From an uncultured Pseudomonadales bacterium (GTDB taxonomy: Bacteria > Patescibacteriota > Microgenomatia > UBA1400 > UBA12108), in contig CAYFZD010000001.1 of assembly GCA_964347565.1 (NCBI GenBank), forward strand, positions 3,019 through 67,018: a stretch of DNA of 64,000 bases. Reading direction: 5' to 3'. The translations under genes were made by a program, and so were the position numbers. This document shows, one piece after another, positions 1-12,025 of this stretch. The notes below the pieces were generated by a model. It made no database searches. It worked only from the letters and a program-made list of their open reading frames with translations, and was not told where the DNA came from. Every line of letters begins with the position of its first letter. Positions within the stretch are counted from its first letter, which is position 1.

Positions 1-632
1 TACCTGGCCATGCGAGTTACTTTTGCCAATCAGCTCGCTGATCTCTGCGAGAAAAATGGGGCTGACGTCCAAGAAGTCATCAACGGGATTGGGTCTGATT
101 CACGGATTGGTGATCATTACTGGTACCCTGGTCTAGGATACGGAGGTTCGTGTCTCCCCAAAGACGTGAAAGAAATCGCGGCTTACGCCAAAAGTGTTGG
201 TGAAAAAGATAGTATTTTCATCGCTGTTGATGACCACAACGAGATCAGAATTCCTACCCTGATGGAGAAGTACAGCAAGGCAATAGGAGGATTCGACGGC
301 AAAAAAGTGGCAGTATTAGGTCTTTCTTTCAAACGCAACACCAACGACACTCGCGAGGCTCCAGCCAACAAAGTCATACCTTGGCTCAAAGTTCATGGCG
401 CAACCATCATAACCACCGATCCTCAGGTCAAGGCGGATTTTATCGATGCCTATCTAGCCGCTGAGGGAGCTCACGCACTCATGTTACTCATTGAATGGGA
501 CGAGTATCGAGAACTTGATCTTGCTAAACTATCATCCGTCATGGCCTCGCCCAAATATTTCTTCGATACCCGCAATCAATACGACCCCAAATTAGTTGAG
601 TCAGCGGGACTCAAATACCAAGGAGTGGGACG

Positions 633-636
<4 letters not shown>
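1..636 (+). CDS. Nucleotide-sugar dehydrogenase (UDP-glucose 6-dehydrogenase family), 5'-truncated at window edge
   Basis: Frame continues to position 1. Catalytic-Cys motif GGSCLPKDV and the C-terminal UDP-binding domain (GLSFKRNTNDTREAP) are typical of the UDPG/MGDP dehydrogenase family. UXS lies downstream, suggesting UDP-GlcA supply. Confidence 0.8.
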
Positions 637-2544
<1,908 letters not shown>

Positions 2545-2548
2545 TAGT

Positions 2549-3169
2549 ATGTACAAGAAATATCGAACGTCTATATATTTTGTATTAGGATGTCTGACTG
2601 GGATTGGGTTGACTTTATTCGGACCATATGTCAGAAAGCAATTGCTGTCTAATCCTGAAACCAAATTTAATACCTTCCATAGTTCTCGTGCTTCTTTTAG
2701 TTTTCAACATCCCAACGATTTTCCCATTACACCGTTATCTGACCAATCCATATATCAGTTTGCAGACGAAAACTATATCGAATGGATCAATCTAGGCACC
2801 CTTGATTTCACACCAAATGCTCCATCAATGGGGGAAGGATTTCTTATAGTTAAAAGAATCCCCTGTATGATTACGGGAACTTACGAGGAACTTATTTTGC
2901 AAGAATACAAGGACTTAATAGCTGGGTGGAAAAGGATTGATAATAGAGCAGATACAACTCTCCCGATAATTGTAAAAACAAAATTGGGCAACAAAGATGC
3001 CTACAAAATTACAAATAATAATCCAGATACAACTGGAACTTTTGACAATACAAGCTACGAAATTGATACGTTTAGTCCGTGTCTACGATATCGACTCTAT
3101 ATAACACCCAGAGATAAAGAACGTACTAAGCAGATGGAAGAAATCTTAAAAACTTTTAAGTTTGAATAA
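2549..3169 (+). CDS. Hypothetical protein with N-terminal TM anchor
   Basis: 206-aa ORF with one N-terminal hydrophobic helix and no recognisable motifs. Visibly AT-richer than flanking gmd/uxs. Confidence 0.45.
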   Translation: MYKKYRTSIYFVLGCLTGIGLTLFGPYVRKQLLSNPETKFNTFHSSRASFSFQHPNDFPITPLSDQSIYQFADENYIEWINLGTLDFTPNAPSMGEGFLIVKRIPCMITGTYEELILQEYKDLIAGWKRIDNRADTTLPIIVKTKLGNKDAYKITNNNPDTTGTFDNTSYEIDTFSPCLRYRLYITPRDKERTKQMEEILKTFKFE

Positions 3170-3170
3170 T

Positions 3171-4124
3171 ATGTCAAAAATTCTAATCACTGGTGGTGCC
3201 GGCTTCATTGGTAATCATCTGTGTGATCGCTTTCTAGCGGAAGGTCACGAAGTCATCTGTGTCGACAATTTCCTCTCCGGTTCTTCCGAGAATATCAAAC
3301 ATCTTGAGGGCAATCCCAATTTTACCTTGATCGAGCACGATGTTTGCCAGCCACTCACACAAAATCCGACTGGCTTAGACGCTATTTTCCATTTTGCCTG
3401 TCCAGCCTCCCCCAACCCTGCTAGTCCTGTGTCTTATCTCAACTTTCCGATAGAGACGCTGATGGTCACCACCCTGGGTTCTCAGCGGATGCTCGAGCTG
3501 GCTCACCAGAATCGTTGCCAAATAATCTTTGCTTCCACTAGCGAAGTCTATGGTGATCCTGCTGTGCACCCCCAGCCAGAGACTTACTGGGGACACGTCA
3601 ACCCCAACGGCCCTCGCTCTTGTTACGACGAAGGCAAAAGGGCCATGGAAGCCCTCGCCTTTGCCTACCATCGCCTGGGTCAAGCCCAGATCAAAGTCAT
3701 CCGCATCTTTAACACCTATGGCCCCAAGATGAGACTAGATGATGGTAGATTCACCATCAACTTGATCGATTGTTATCTGCACAACAAAGCCCTACCGATG
3801 TACGGGGATGGCTCTGCTACCCGTTCATTTTGCTACATCGACGATTTAGTTGAGGGGATCATGAAGATTTATCAGAGTGAAAAAGCCGTCGGCGAGGTTA
3901 TCAACCTCGGTAATCCTACAGAACTCACGATCACACAAGCAATCGAAATATTTGAAAATATTACTGGTAAAAAATTGTCCAAGGAGATGCGTGCGACCCT
4001 CACCGATGATCCTAAACGTCGCTGTCCAGACATTGGGAAAGCGAAAAAACTCCTAGATTGGGAACCAATGATAGATTTTGCGACTGGTATCAAGAAAACA
4101 CTCGAATCATACCAACATGCTTAA
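3171..4124 (+). CDS. uxs: UDP-glucuronate decarboxylase (UDP-xylose synthase)
   Basis: ILITGGAGFIGNHL plus the block YGDPAVHPQPETYWGHVNPNGPRSCYDEGKR, which is diagnostic for UXS/ArnA-decarboxylase type SDRs. ATG at 3171; the tracked ORF starts at TTG 3162. Confidence 0.85.
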   Translation: MSKILITGGAGFIGNHLCDRFLAEGHEVICVDNFLSGSSENIKHLEGNPNFTLIEHDVCQPLTQNPTGLDAIFHFACPASPNPASPVSYLNFPIETLMVTTLGSQRMLELAHQNRCQIIFASTSEVYGDPAVHPQPETYWGHVNPNGPRSCYDEGKRAMEALAFAYHRLGQAQIKVIRIFNTYGPKMRLDDGRFTINLIDCYLHNKALPMYGDGSATRSFCYIDDLVEGIMKIYQSEKAVGEVINLGNPTELTITQAIEIFENITGKKLSKEMRATLTDDPKRRCPDIGKAKKLLDWEPMIDFATGIKKTLESYQHA

Positions 4125-5292
4125 AATTGTCGTAGTCATTCCCACTTATAATGAATCAGGCAACGTCGCTCCAGTAACTTTGGCGCTAGACAAAGTTTTC
4201 CGGACTCTCAGAGATTATGATCCACATATTCTCTTCGTAGATGACAATTCTCCCGATGGCACCAGCCAGAAGATAGCACAGCTTATTGCTCGATATCCTT
4301 TTGTCCACATACTCAAGAACAAGCGTAAGGGTGGACTTGGCCATGCCTATAAAAAAGGTTTTACTTACGCCCTCGATAAACTCCACGCTGACATACTCTT
4401 CGAATTTGACGCGGATCTCCAGCACGACCCGCTCGTCATTCCCGACATGCTCAGAGCTATTGAAGATGGTGCTGACCTAGTGCTTGGCTCTCGTTACATC
4501 AGGGGAGGTGGCATTCCTTCCAAATGGCCCTGGTATCGAAAATTCCTCTCCGTCGTGGGCAACCTTTATATCAGGGTCATTATGGGTAACTTCCAGATTC
4601 ACGATTGGACTACCGGATACCGCGCCATTCGTGCTAAAGTAGTAGAGAGCCTCTTGCCACAAATGAACGGCACCTCCTTCACGGGATATGCCTGGCAAAT
4701 AGGTTTCTTGGTAAAAAGCCTCCAAGCAGGGGATAGAGTAACCGAAGTGCCTTTTGTTTTTACCGAACGCACAAGCGGTCACTCTAAGTTAGGCCCAGAA
4801 TATATTATTAACACCATGAGGTACATCATGAAAGTCAGGTTAAATCAAATCCTCCATAGTCGAATCCTGAAATTTGTCATGGTGGGAGGATTTGGTTCGC
4901 TTGTACAACTGACAGCTCTCCATTTTTATCGGTTATTCATCCAGACCAACTTAGGCCCGATTTCTCCCTATCAGATTGCACTGGTCTTGGCGATCGAGAC
5001 GGCCATCGTCAGCAACTTCACCTGGAGCAACCTCTGGACCTTCCGTGATCGCAAACTCAAACCAATCCAACTCCCTCTCAAATTCCTCCAGTTTAACTTA
5101 GCTTCTGGGGGTTCGCTCCTCCTCCAATTTATTATTGCTAGCCTAGGCGAGCGCTTCATCGGACTCTATACCATCTTTCAGATCTCCAAATTCTCTATCG
5201 ACACCGGCTTAGTCTATGCTGTAGTGGGGATTTTGATCGGTATGTTCTGGAATTTTTTCGCTTACACCCACCTAGTCTGGAAGAAAAAATAG
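4117..5292 (+). CDS. GT2 polyprenol-phosphate glycosyltransferase (DPM1/ArnC-like) fused to C-terminal GtrA-like 4-TM domain
   Basis: VVIPTYNESGN, FVDDNSPDGT and DADLQHDP motifs of Dpm1-type GT2. C-terminal 120 aa (ILKFVMVGGFGSLVQL...) has the GtrA-like topology. 8-nt overlap with uxs. Confidence 0.8.
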   Translation: MLKIVVVIPTYNESGNVAPVTLALDKVFRTLRDYDPHILFVDDNSPDGTSQKIAQLIARYPFVHILKNKRKGGLGHAYKKGFTYALDKLHADILFEFDADLQHDPLVIPDMLRAIEDGADLVLGSRYIRGGGIPSKWPWYRKFLSVVGNLYIRVIMGNFQIHDWTTGYRAIRAKVVESLLPQMNGTSFTGYAWQIGFLVKSLQAGDRVTEVPFVFTERTSGHSKLGPEYIINTMRYIMKVRLNQILHSRILKFVMVGGFGSLVQLTALHFYRLFIQTNLGPISPYQIALVLAIETAIVSNFTWSNLWTFRDRKLKPIQLPLKFLQFNLASGGSLLLQFIIASLGERFIGLYTIFQISKFSIDTGLVYAVVGILIGMFWNFFAYTHLVWKKK

Positions 5293-5293
5293 A

Positions 5294-6406
5294 CTACAGC
5301 AGCGCTCCCCAATTACTAATCGGTTGGATATTTCTAAGTACAAACTGCCAGCCCAGTAGATAAATAGGGATCAACATCAGCGCAATTCCCCACCAATACT
5401 TTCTCGGGATCCTCTCGATCAGTGGTGCGTATCCAAGTAGTGCTATTGGCGCAATCGGGAGGGCATATCGTGCTAAATCCCGGTGTGCCACAAATAGCAA
5501 AGTTGTCCCGTAGATTAGTCCCCATTTCTTGAGCATTGGCCAACGACCATTGACCATCGCTATCCCTACCCCGTAAAAGATGTATAGATAAATGATGTCC
5601 TCTCTCCACATATCGTTGATCCAGGTGGCCATATTCGAAAAAATCGAAAATGGCGGGAAAAATAAGTGCAGATTGTCACCAGAGTGAAAGTAGGCGAGAG
5701 GATCTCCATATCTCCAGCCGTAAAACCCAAATAACCCCACCAAAACAATCGGCATGAGTATGTAGGGAAGTAGGTCCTTGGGTCTACGCCACATACTCAA
5801 AAGATAAACACCAAAGAGTAAGATGCCTGGACTCCTAGTGAGCACCGCCAGTGCCCCAGCAACAGCACTAGGCCAGTATTTTTGTTTAATCGCCCAAGTT
5901 AGCGAGATGATCACAAGAAAAATAAATAGTGGTTCGTTGCTCCCGACTCCTCGGACTGAAAGCATGCGCGCAGGGAAAAACAGCCCGATCGTAGAAAGTA
6001 AAATAGCCAAATTTTTGTTTTTCAGGGTTGTGACAAAAAAGAAATATAACCCACCCGCCAACAGCAAATTCGACAAAATGATCGACAAAAGGAGTGCTTG
6101 TGGGGGTGTCAGAATGAAATCAAAAATCTTGATGAGACCTGCAAAAAGGGGGAAATGTGCGGCATAGTAAATTGGGTCGTTTCCCGTCAAAAATTGAGCG
6201 TTGATCGCTTCAATAGTTTTGGGGTTATATCCACTTTTTTCCACTACCAAGAAGTTTAATCCATCAAAATTCTGTACTACAGCCTCCATCCCTCGACGTG
6301 CAAAATCGATCCCCCAAAATTGACCTGTTTTGACCAAAAACGGTGCCCAGAAAACCATCAAGGAGAGACCTACGGCCATGAGTACGAGTAGCAAGTTACG
6401 CGCCAT
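5294..6406 (-). CDS. Polytopic membrane protein, PIG-V-like putative GT-C glycosyltransferase (paralog family A)
   Basis: About 9 predicted TM helices. Motif NFDGLNFL..EKSGY..AAHFPLFAGL is shared with 28.7-29.7k, 35431-36474 and 36489-37574. Confidence 0.55.
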   Translation of the reverse strand: MARNLLLVLMAVGLSLMVFWAPFLVKTGQFWGIDFARRGMEAVVQNFDGLNFLVVEKSGYNPKTIEAINAQFLTGNDPIYYAAHFPLFAGLIKIFDFILTPPQALLLSIILSNLLLAGGLYFFFVTTLKNKNLAILLSTIGLFFPARMLSVRGVGSNEPLFIFLVIISLTWAIKQKYWPSAVAGALAVLTRSPGILLFGVYLLSMWRRPKDLLPYILMPIVLVGLFGFYGWRYGDPLAYFHSGDNLHLFFPPFSIFSNMATWINDMWREDIIYLYIFYGVGIAMVNGRWPMLKKWGLIYGTTLLFVAHRDLARYALPIAPIALLGYAPLIERIPRKYWWGIALMLIPIYLLGWQFVLRNIQPISNWGALL

Positions 6407-6424
6407 ACCTATATACTACACGAT

Positions 6425-7135
6425 ATGCCAAAAAAACTCTCAAGCCTCTCCATTTTCATGCCTGCTTACAACGAGGAGGGCAATATCGCAGCTACGATCA
6501 TGGACGCGACGAAGGCAGCTAAGACTGTGGCAAACGATTATGAGATCATTGTGGTTAATGATGGTTCGCGTGATAAAACTGTCGAGATCGTCACTGGTTT
6601 ATCCCAGTTAGACCCCCATATCCGACTCATCAATCATTCTAAAAACCGGGGCTACGGTGCCGCGGTCAAAACTGGCCTTGGAGCCTGTCGCAAGAACTGG
6701 ATATTCTTTACGGACTCTGATGGACAGTTTCATTACGATGAGCTAGCCAAGTTTGTCGTCGCCACTGACTCAGCGGATTTGGTCATGGGCTATAGACGCA
6801 AACGGATGGATCCATTTCACCGTGTCTTTGTCGCTCAAGTCCTCCTCAAAATCTGGAATTTTGTCTTATTTGGCCTCACGGTTCGCGATGTCGACTGTGC
6901 CTACAAACTATTCTCTCGTAAACTCCTCCGCGCTATCAAACTCAAGACCGAGAGTGCCATTACAGTCTCAGAATTCATTATCAAGGCCAAGGCCGCCGGT
7001 TTCCGCATCACCCAGCTGCCAGTACAACACTACCCCAGGAGGTTTGGCGAACAAACAGGGGGGAATTGGCGAGTGATAATGCGTGCAGCCAGGGAGAGCT
7101 TTCGCATGTACAAAGAATTACACCCTCGCTCATGA
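6425..7135 (+). CDS. GT2 glycosyltransferase (polyprenol-phosphate sugar synthase type)
   Basis: IFMPAYNEEGNI, IIVVNDGSRDKT and FTDSDGQ (DxD) motifs. Confidence 0.8.
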   Translation: MPKKLSSLSIFMPAYNEEGNIAATIMDATKAAKTVANDYEIIVVNDGSRDKTVEIVTGLSQLDPHIRLINHSKNRGYGAAVKTGLGACRKNWIFFTDSDGQFHYDELAKFVVATDSADLVMGYRRKRMDPFHRVFVAQVLLKIWNFVLFGLTVRDVDCAYKLFSRKLLRAIKLKTESAITVSEFIIKAKAAGFRITQLPVQHYPRRFGEQTGGNWRVIMRAARESFRMYKELHPRS

Positions 7136-8646
7136 AGTTTATCCGTCAACATTTGCTGATCATACTTGTACTCCTCTTCGCCCTATTTTTACGGACATAT
7201 AATCTGAGTGCAACAATGACTTTTTTGGAAGATGAGGGGAGGGATCTCCTGGTCGTCCACCGCATGCTTGACACGTTTAGACCCGCGTTGATTGGCCCCC
7301 AGACCTCGACAGGAAACATGTATCTGGGGCCACTCTATTATTACTTGATTACTCCTGCCTTGTTTCTCGCTCAGATGAATCCGCTTGGACCTGTTATTTT
7401 TATTGCTTTAACTGGAGTCTTGACTGCTTGGCTATTGTATTACTTGGGCACCAAGTGGTTTGGTAAATCCGCGGGCATGCTCGCCGCCCTCATGTACGCA
7501 CTCCTACCACTCCCAGTGATTTTTACGCGCAATTCATGGAACCCCAATCTAGCGCCGCTTATCTCTCTGCTCATGCTCGCTTACCTCGTCAAAATTGTTC
7601 AGCATAAAATCTTTGTCAAAAAAGATTTTCTAATTCTGGGTTTATTAGCTGGTGCCCTCGTCCAGCTGCACTATATGGCTCTCCTGTTTCTCGTCGGGGT
7701 CGGACTTGCCCTCATCTACTACCTGCACAACTCTCTCCCGACTATCTTGCGGGGAGTCTGTGTCGCGCTCGTTGGTTTTATCATCACGCTCTCACCCTTT
7801 ATTCTTTTTGAGATTCGCAATGATTACGTCAATACCCACGCACTCACCCGCTTTGTGATGGCCAAAGAGGAACACAACATCCGCTACTCGCTCCCGCTGA
7901 CCTTGTGGGCGAGCAAAGTCGAGAGCACCTCCGTGCGCGTTTTCGCGAGCTTGTTTGGCCGTGATGCCCTCACGAGAGATCCCGCAAGAGTCACCATTAC
8001 CCTCATTGCCTCTCTCCTCCTGGTCATGACATTACTAGTCATCCGCAAAAAACATGACTCCCCCAGCCGGATTTATCGGGTGCTTTTTTTGACGTTCATC
8101 ATCCCTCTCGCCTTAACCGGCATTTACCAGGAAAATATTCATCTACACTATCTAGGTTTTTTCTTCCCTCTGATCTACCTACTCATCGCCAAGTCTCGCT
8201 TCGCCTGGATATTTTTCGTCGTGTGCCTCTGCTATGCCAGCCCGCAACTCCTTAGTTATTTACGCTCAGACGGTACTAACCAAGTCATCCGCGCTAAAGA
8301 AGTTATCGAGTATATCCTGCGCGACACGGCAGGGCGACCATACAATATTGTGAGTTCACGTAGTACCTCCTCTACCCCTTATCAATATTTCTCCGCCATC
8401 TCTAGCTTTCCCGCCACCACAGAGGCAGTGCCAGACGTTTATTTGATTTGCCAGGGGGCACCCTGCAGCGACGAAGACGTGAACACCCCCTTCTTCTTCA
8501 TCACTGGTCAGGCTCACCCCGCCATCCGAGCTTATCTGGGACACCCGCTCTCCAATTATTTTGAGGGTGAGCGGACGCTCCTAAGCAATGATCACGTCTC
8601 TCACGGCGCTTGGGTCGCCAAAATAAATGTTAAACTAGAGCCATGA
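7132..8646 (+). CDS. GT-C family membrane glycosyltransferase (ArnT/PMT-like)
   Basis: More than 10 TM helices. First periplasmic loop has TFLEDEGRDLLV (DE motif). ATGA overlap with upstream GT2. Confidence 0.7.
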   Translation: MKFIRQHLLIILVLLFALFLRTYNLSATMTFLEDEGRDLLVVHRMLDTFRPALIGPQTSTGNMYLGPLYYYLITPALFLAQMNPLGPVIFIALTGVLTAWLLYYLGTKWFGKSAGMLAALMYALLPLPVIFTRNSWNPNLAPLISLLMLAYLVKIVQHKIFVKKDFLILGLLAGALVQLHYMALLFLVGVGLALIYYLHNSLPTILRGVCVALVGFIITLSPFILFEIRNDYVNTHALTRFVMAKEEHNIRYSLPLTLWASKVESTSVRVFASLFGRDALTRDPARVTITLIASLLLVMTLLVIRKKHDSPSRIYRVLFLTFIIPLALTGIYQENIHLHYLGFFFPLIYLLIAKSRFAWIFFVVCLCYASPQLLSYLRSDGTNQVIRAKEVIEYILRDTAGRPYNIVSSRSTSSTPYQYFSAISSFPATTEAVPDVYLICQGAPCSDEDVNTPFFFITGQAHPAIRAYLGHPLSNYFEGERTLLSNDHVSHGAWVAKINVKLEP

Positions 8647-9398
8647 AACCCTTCGTTTCCGTCATTCTCCCCAATTACAACGAACTAGAGAATCTCAAAC
8701 GTGGGGTCTTGCTCTCGATTTATAAATACTTGAATGGTCAGAAATTCTCCTGGGAAGTGATCATCTCCGATGACGGCTCCACTGACGCGAGTATTAATTT
8801 TATCGAAAAGTTTATTAAAGTTCACCCAGGATTCAAATTCCTCAAGAACCCTCACGCCGGCAAGCCCTTTGCCCTTGCGAGCGCCCTCAAAGCGGCCCGA
8901 GGTGAGTATGTTCTATTTACCGACATGGATCAATCTACCCCTATCAACCAACTCGAGAAATTGATCCCCTATACCAAGGATGGTTTCAAAGTGGTCATCG
9001 GTTCTCGCGGGATTCGCCGACGTGACTCGAGCCTACTGCGTCAGCTGGCTTCCGTCATCTTCTTGCTGGCGAGGAAAATATTCCTCTTGCGCAACATCAA
9101 AGATACCCAGTGTGGTTTTAAACTGCTCCAAGCTGATTTAGCAAGAAATATCTTTTCGCGCATGCGACTATTCGGGAGATCCAGTCAATCTGTTGGATGG
9201 AAAGTCACGGCCTACGACGTCGAGATGCTCTTCCTCGCAGAGAAACTAGGTCAAGAAATCCAGGAAGTGAGGGTAGTATGGCAAGACGAGGATACAAGCT
9301 CAGGCAAAAAACGCAATTTCATCAAAGAAAGTGTCGAGATGTTCACCGAGATCTTGCGAGTGAGCGTGAATGACATGTTGGGCAAATACAATGTCTAA
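8643..9398 (+). CDS. GT2 glycosyltransferase (DPM1-like)
   Basis: VSVILPNYNELENL, VIISDDGSTDAS and FTDMDQS motifs. ATGA overlap with upstream gene. Confidence 0.8.
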   Translation: MKPFVSVILPNYNELENLKRGVLLSIYKYLNGQKFSWEVIISDDGSTDASINFIEKFIKVHPGFKFLKNPHAGKPFALASALKAARGEYVLFTDMDQSTPINQLEKLIPYTKDGFKVVIGSRGIRRRDSSLLRQLASVIFLLARKIFLLRNIKDTQCGFKLLQADLARNIFSRMRLFGRSSQSVGWKVTAYDVEMLFLAEKLGQEIQEVRVVWQDEDTSSGKKRNFIKESVEMFTEILRVSVNDMLGKYNV

Positions 9399-10515
9399 AT
9401 TATTATTTTTTCTATGGTTTTTTGTTGCTTTGGTTTTATTTGTCTATAGTTACGGTTTTGTCGATTTCAACTTGACCCTCTCCTCCCATCCCTTCGTGAC
9501 GAGCTTTGTTTCCTGGTCACAGCAATTAGCCATGTTTCATCGCTCCACTTCACTCTACGTTTATTTAGGTCTGATAGTCCTCCTCTACCTCCTATACTCA
9601 CTTACCCTATTACTCTACAGACCCAAAACCTTTCCTTGGCTTCTTGTTTCTTTGCTCGCTTTTATTTTTTCTATTAGCTACCCCTTTCTCTCATCTGACG
9701 TCTTTAAGTATCTCTTCGCAGCGAAAGAACTCCTCCTCTACCACGCCAATCCCCACACCATCGCCCCGTGGGTCTTTGAGGGGGACACATGGCTCCGCTT
9801 CATGCGCTGGATCCATACTCCCAGTCCCTATGGGCTGACGATGACAGCCCTCGCCGTGCCATATTATCTCTTGGGATTTGGCAAATTTGTTCCCACCCTC
9901 TATCTTTTCAAGCTCGACCAGGTCTTTTGGTATGGGCTCTCGATTTGGGTGATCGGGAAACTGGGGGGCAAAAGAGCCCTACTCGCCCAGCTATTTTTCG
10001 CGCTCAATCCCCTCGTCCTCCTAGAATGGCTAGTCAATTCGCATAATGATGCCCCGATGATTTCTCTCCTCCTCCTCTCGCTTTACCTACTGACCCTCGG
10101 TCGCAAACTCCCCTCATTGGTCGCTCTCATCTTCTCTATCGGCATTAAGTACGTCACAATCTTTGCTTTACCATTTCTTTTTTTCAAGAAACTTACCCAA
10201 TCATTCATCGTCCATAGTTCATTGGCCATTTTATTCCTCGCTCCCTTGCTCTATCACTATTCCTATCAATATCAGCCTTGGTACGTGACCTGGCTCGTCC
10301 CGTTTGCCGCTCTCTCTGGCTCCACTTTGCTCATGTCACTCACCGCCGCCTATAGCCTCGGCGCGCTCCTGCGCTATATCCCTTTCATCCAGATCGGCTT
10401 GTGGGAGGGGACTGCTCGCTACTTTGCCCTCCTCACGTTTACACCACTCGTCCTCACCCTTATCTATTTTCTAGCCCTTCATCTGTTCAAGAAATCAGCC
10501 AAAAACCCGCTATAA
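9391..10515 (+). CDS. Polytopic membrane protein (putative glycan-assembly GT-C / unknown family)
   Basis: 374 aa with about 10 hydrophobic helices and a conserved loop SSDVFKYLFAAKELLLYHANP. 8-nt overlap with upstream GT2. Confidence 0.5.
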   Translation: MSKLLFFLWFFVALVLFVYSYGFVDFNLTLSSHPFVTSFVSWSQQLAMFHRSTSLYVYLGLIVLLYLLYSLTLLLYRPKTFPWLLVSLLAFIFSISYPFLSSDVFKYLFAAKELLLYHANPHTIAPWVFEGDTWLRFMRWIHTPSPYGLTMTALAVPYYLLGFGKFVPTLYLFKLDQVFWYGLSIWVIGKLGGKRALLAQLFFALNPLVLLEWLVNSHNDAPMISLLLLSLYLLTLGRKLPSLVALIFSIGIKYVTIFALPFLFFKKLTQSFIVHSSLAILFLAPLLYHYSYQYQPWYVTWLVPFAALSGSTLLMSLTAAYSLGALLRYIPFIQIGLWEGTARYFALLTFTPLVLTLIYFLALHLFKKSAKNPL

Positions 10516-10522
10516 TGACTTT

Positions 10523-12022
10523 ATGCAGTGGTTTCCCAGACTCAGGAAAATTGATTGGCTAATTATTTTTGGTCTGGTAGTTGGATTTTTAGTCCTAGTG
10601 ACAGCCAATCTCACGCGCCTGCCCATCTTTGTCGATGAAGCCATTTATTTGCGCTGGGCGCAGATCGCCTGGCATGATGCGTCCTGGAGATTTATTAGTT
10701 TGACCGACGGAAAACAACCATTCTACACTTGGTTCGTGATCCCTTTCCTCAAATTCATCGACGATCCACTCTACGCCGGACGATTTGCCTCCGGTGTTTC
10801 CGGGCTGATCTCGGTGCTGGGTATGGGATATCTCGGCTATCTACTAGGCAACAAAAAGACCGGGCTTCTAGCCATGATCATCACGGCCCTCTCTCCATAT
10901 TTGTTCTTCTATTATCGCTTTGGGGTAATGGAGTCTACGCTCGTAGCCGGCTCGATTTGGGTCTGTAATTTCTCTATCCTCCTCGCTCGTTCCCGCCGAC
11001 TCGACGTGGCCATGCTCCTAGGTATGATCACGGGGGCGACTATTTTGACAAAATCTTCTGGCATGTTTTTCCTCCTGCTGATCCCCGCGGCCTATTTACT
11101 CGATTTTGATATTAAAAAACTGTTCACTCGATCGACATTCAATTACCTATGTCTGGTCTTGGTGTCCTGGGTTATCGCGGGCGTGATGTACAATGTCCAG
11201 CGTCTCTCTCCATGGATGCACATGATCGGTCAAAAAAACGCCTTCTTCATCGTGCCCTACGCCGATATTTTTAACGAATTTGGGCGATTGTCCAACAACT
11301 TCCTGGACGTTTGGCGTTGGCAGATCGGCTACACTACTATTCCTGTTTTGATCCTTGCGACATGCGGATTATATTTGATGATCAGAACAGATCTGCGTAA
11401 AGCACTTTTCCTCCTGACCTGGTTGCTTGCACCCATGGTGGGTACAATTTTACTGGCTCGCCTATTTGCCCCCCGCTACGTAGTTTTTGTTACTCCCTTT
11501 ATCCTCTACTTTGCCGTTTATGCCCTGAGTCAAATCCGCTCACTCAAACACACCATTATCGTGACCTTAATTTTCCTGGTCATGCCACTTTCTCTCATTA
11601 CCAAACTGATTACCGACCCCATCAACTATCCCTACGTCTCTGTAGATGAGGGCTACGTCAACGGCTGGTCGGCCGGCAATGGTACCAAACAGATTGCAGA
11701 CTGGGCACTGGGTCATATGCGCCAAACCGGCAAGCCCATGACCATCTTCACCGAGGGTACCTTTGGCATCCTTCCCCACGGCCTGGAGCTTTATGTGGAC
11801 GGTAGGGTAGAGGGACTCACGATCACAGGGCTCTACCCTATTTCTCAGATTCCACCAAGTCACGCCCTCGAATCAGTCAAAACTAATCCAGAAACCTATC
11901 TCGTGCTAAATAACACCCAGACTGTCTCGCAATTACCTGGATTAGAGCTCGTGGGAGAGTATCACAAATTTGATCCCTCATACACCATGCGACTCTACCG
12001 GGTTCTGACACCGGTTAAATAG
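10523..12022 (+). CDS. GT-C family membrane glycosyltransferase (ArnT/PMT-like)
   Basis: N-terminal TM followed by the loop motif LPIFVDEAIYLRWAQ (DE), then many TM helices and a C-terminal soluble domain. Confidence 0.7.
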   Translation: MQWFPRLRKIDWLIIFGLVVGFLVLVTANLTRLPIFVDEAIYLRWAQIAWHDASWRFISLTDGKQPFYTWFVIPFLKFIDDPLYAGRFASGVSGLISVLGMGYLGYLLGNKKTGLLAMIITALSPYLFFYYRFGVMESTLVAGSIWVCNFSILLARSRRLDVAMLLGMITGATILTKSSGMFFLLLIPAAYLLDFDIKKLFTRSTFNYLCLVLVSWVIAGVMYNVQRLSPWMHMIGQKNAFFIVPYADIFNEFGRLSNNFLDVWRWQIGYTTIPVLILATCGLYLMIRTDLRKALFLLTWLLAPMVGTILLARLFAPRYVVFVTPFILYFAVYALSQIRSLKHTIIVTLIFLVMPLSLITKLITDPINYPYVSVDEGYVNGWSAGNGTKQIADWALGHMRQTGKPMTIFTEGTFGILPHGLELYVDGRVEGLTITGLYPISQIPPSHALESVKTNPETYLVLNNTQTVSQLPGLELVGEYHKFDPSYTMRLYRVLTPVK

Positions 12023-12025
12023 TAT

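Noticed and set aside
3161-3173. Exact 13-mer TTTGAATAATATG repeated at two gene junctions (3161-3173 and 14805-14817), both spanning a stop plus the next ATG
   Set aside because: About 30 chance 13-mer identities are expected in a 64-kb window. Both occurrences are explained by the similar C-terminal ...FE* coding plus an AT-rich start context. No extended similarity beyond 13 nt.
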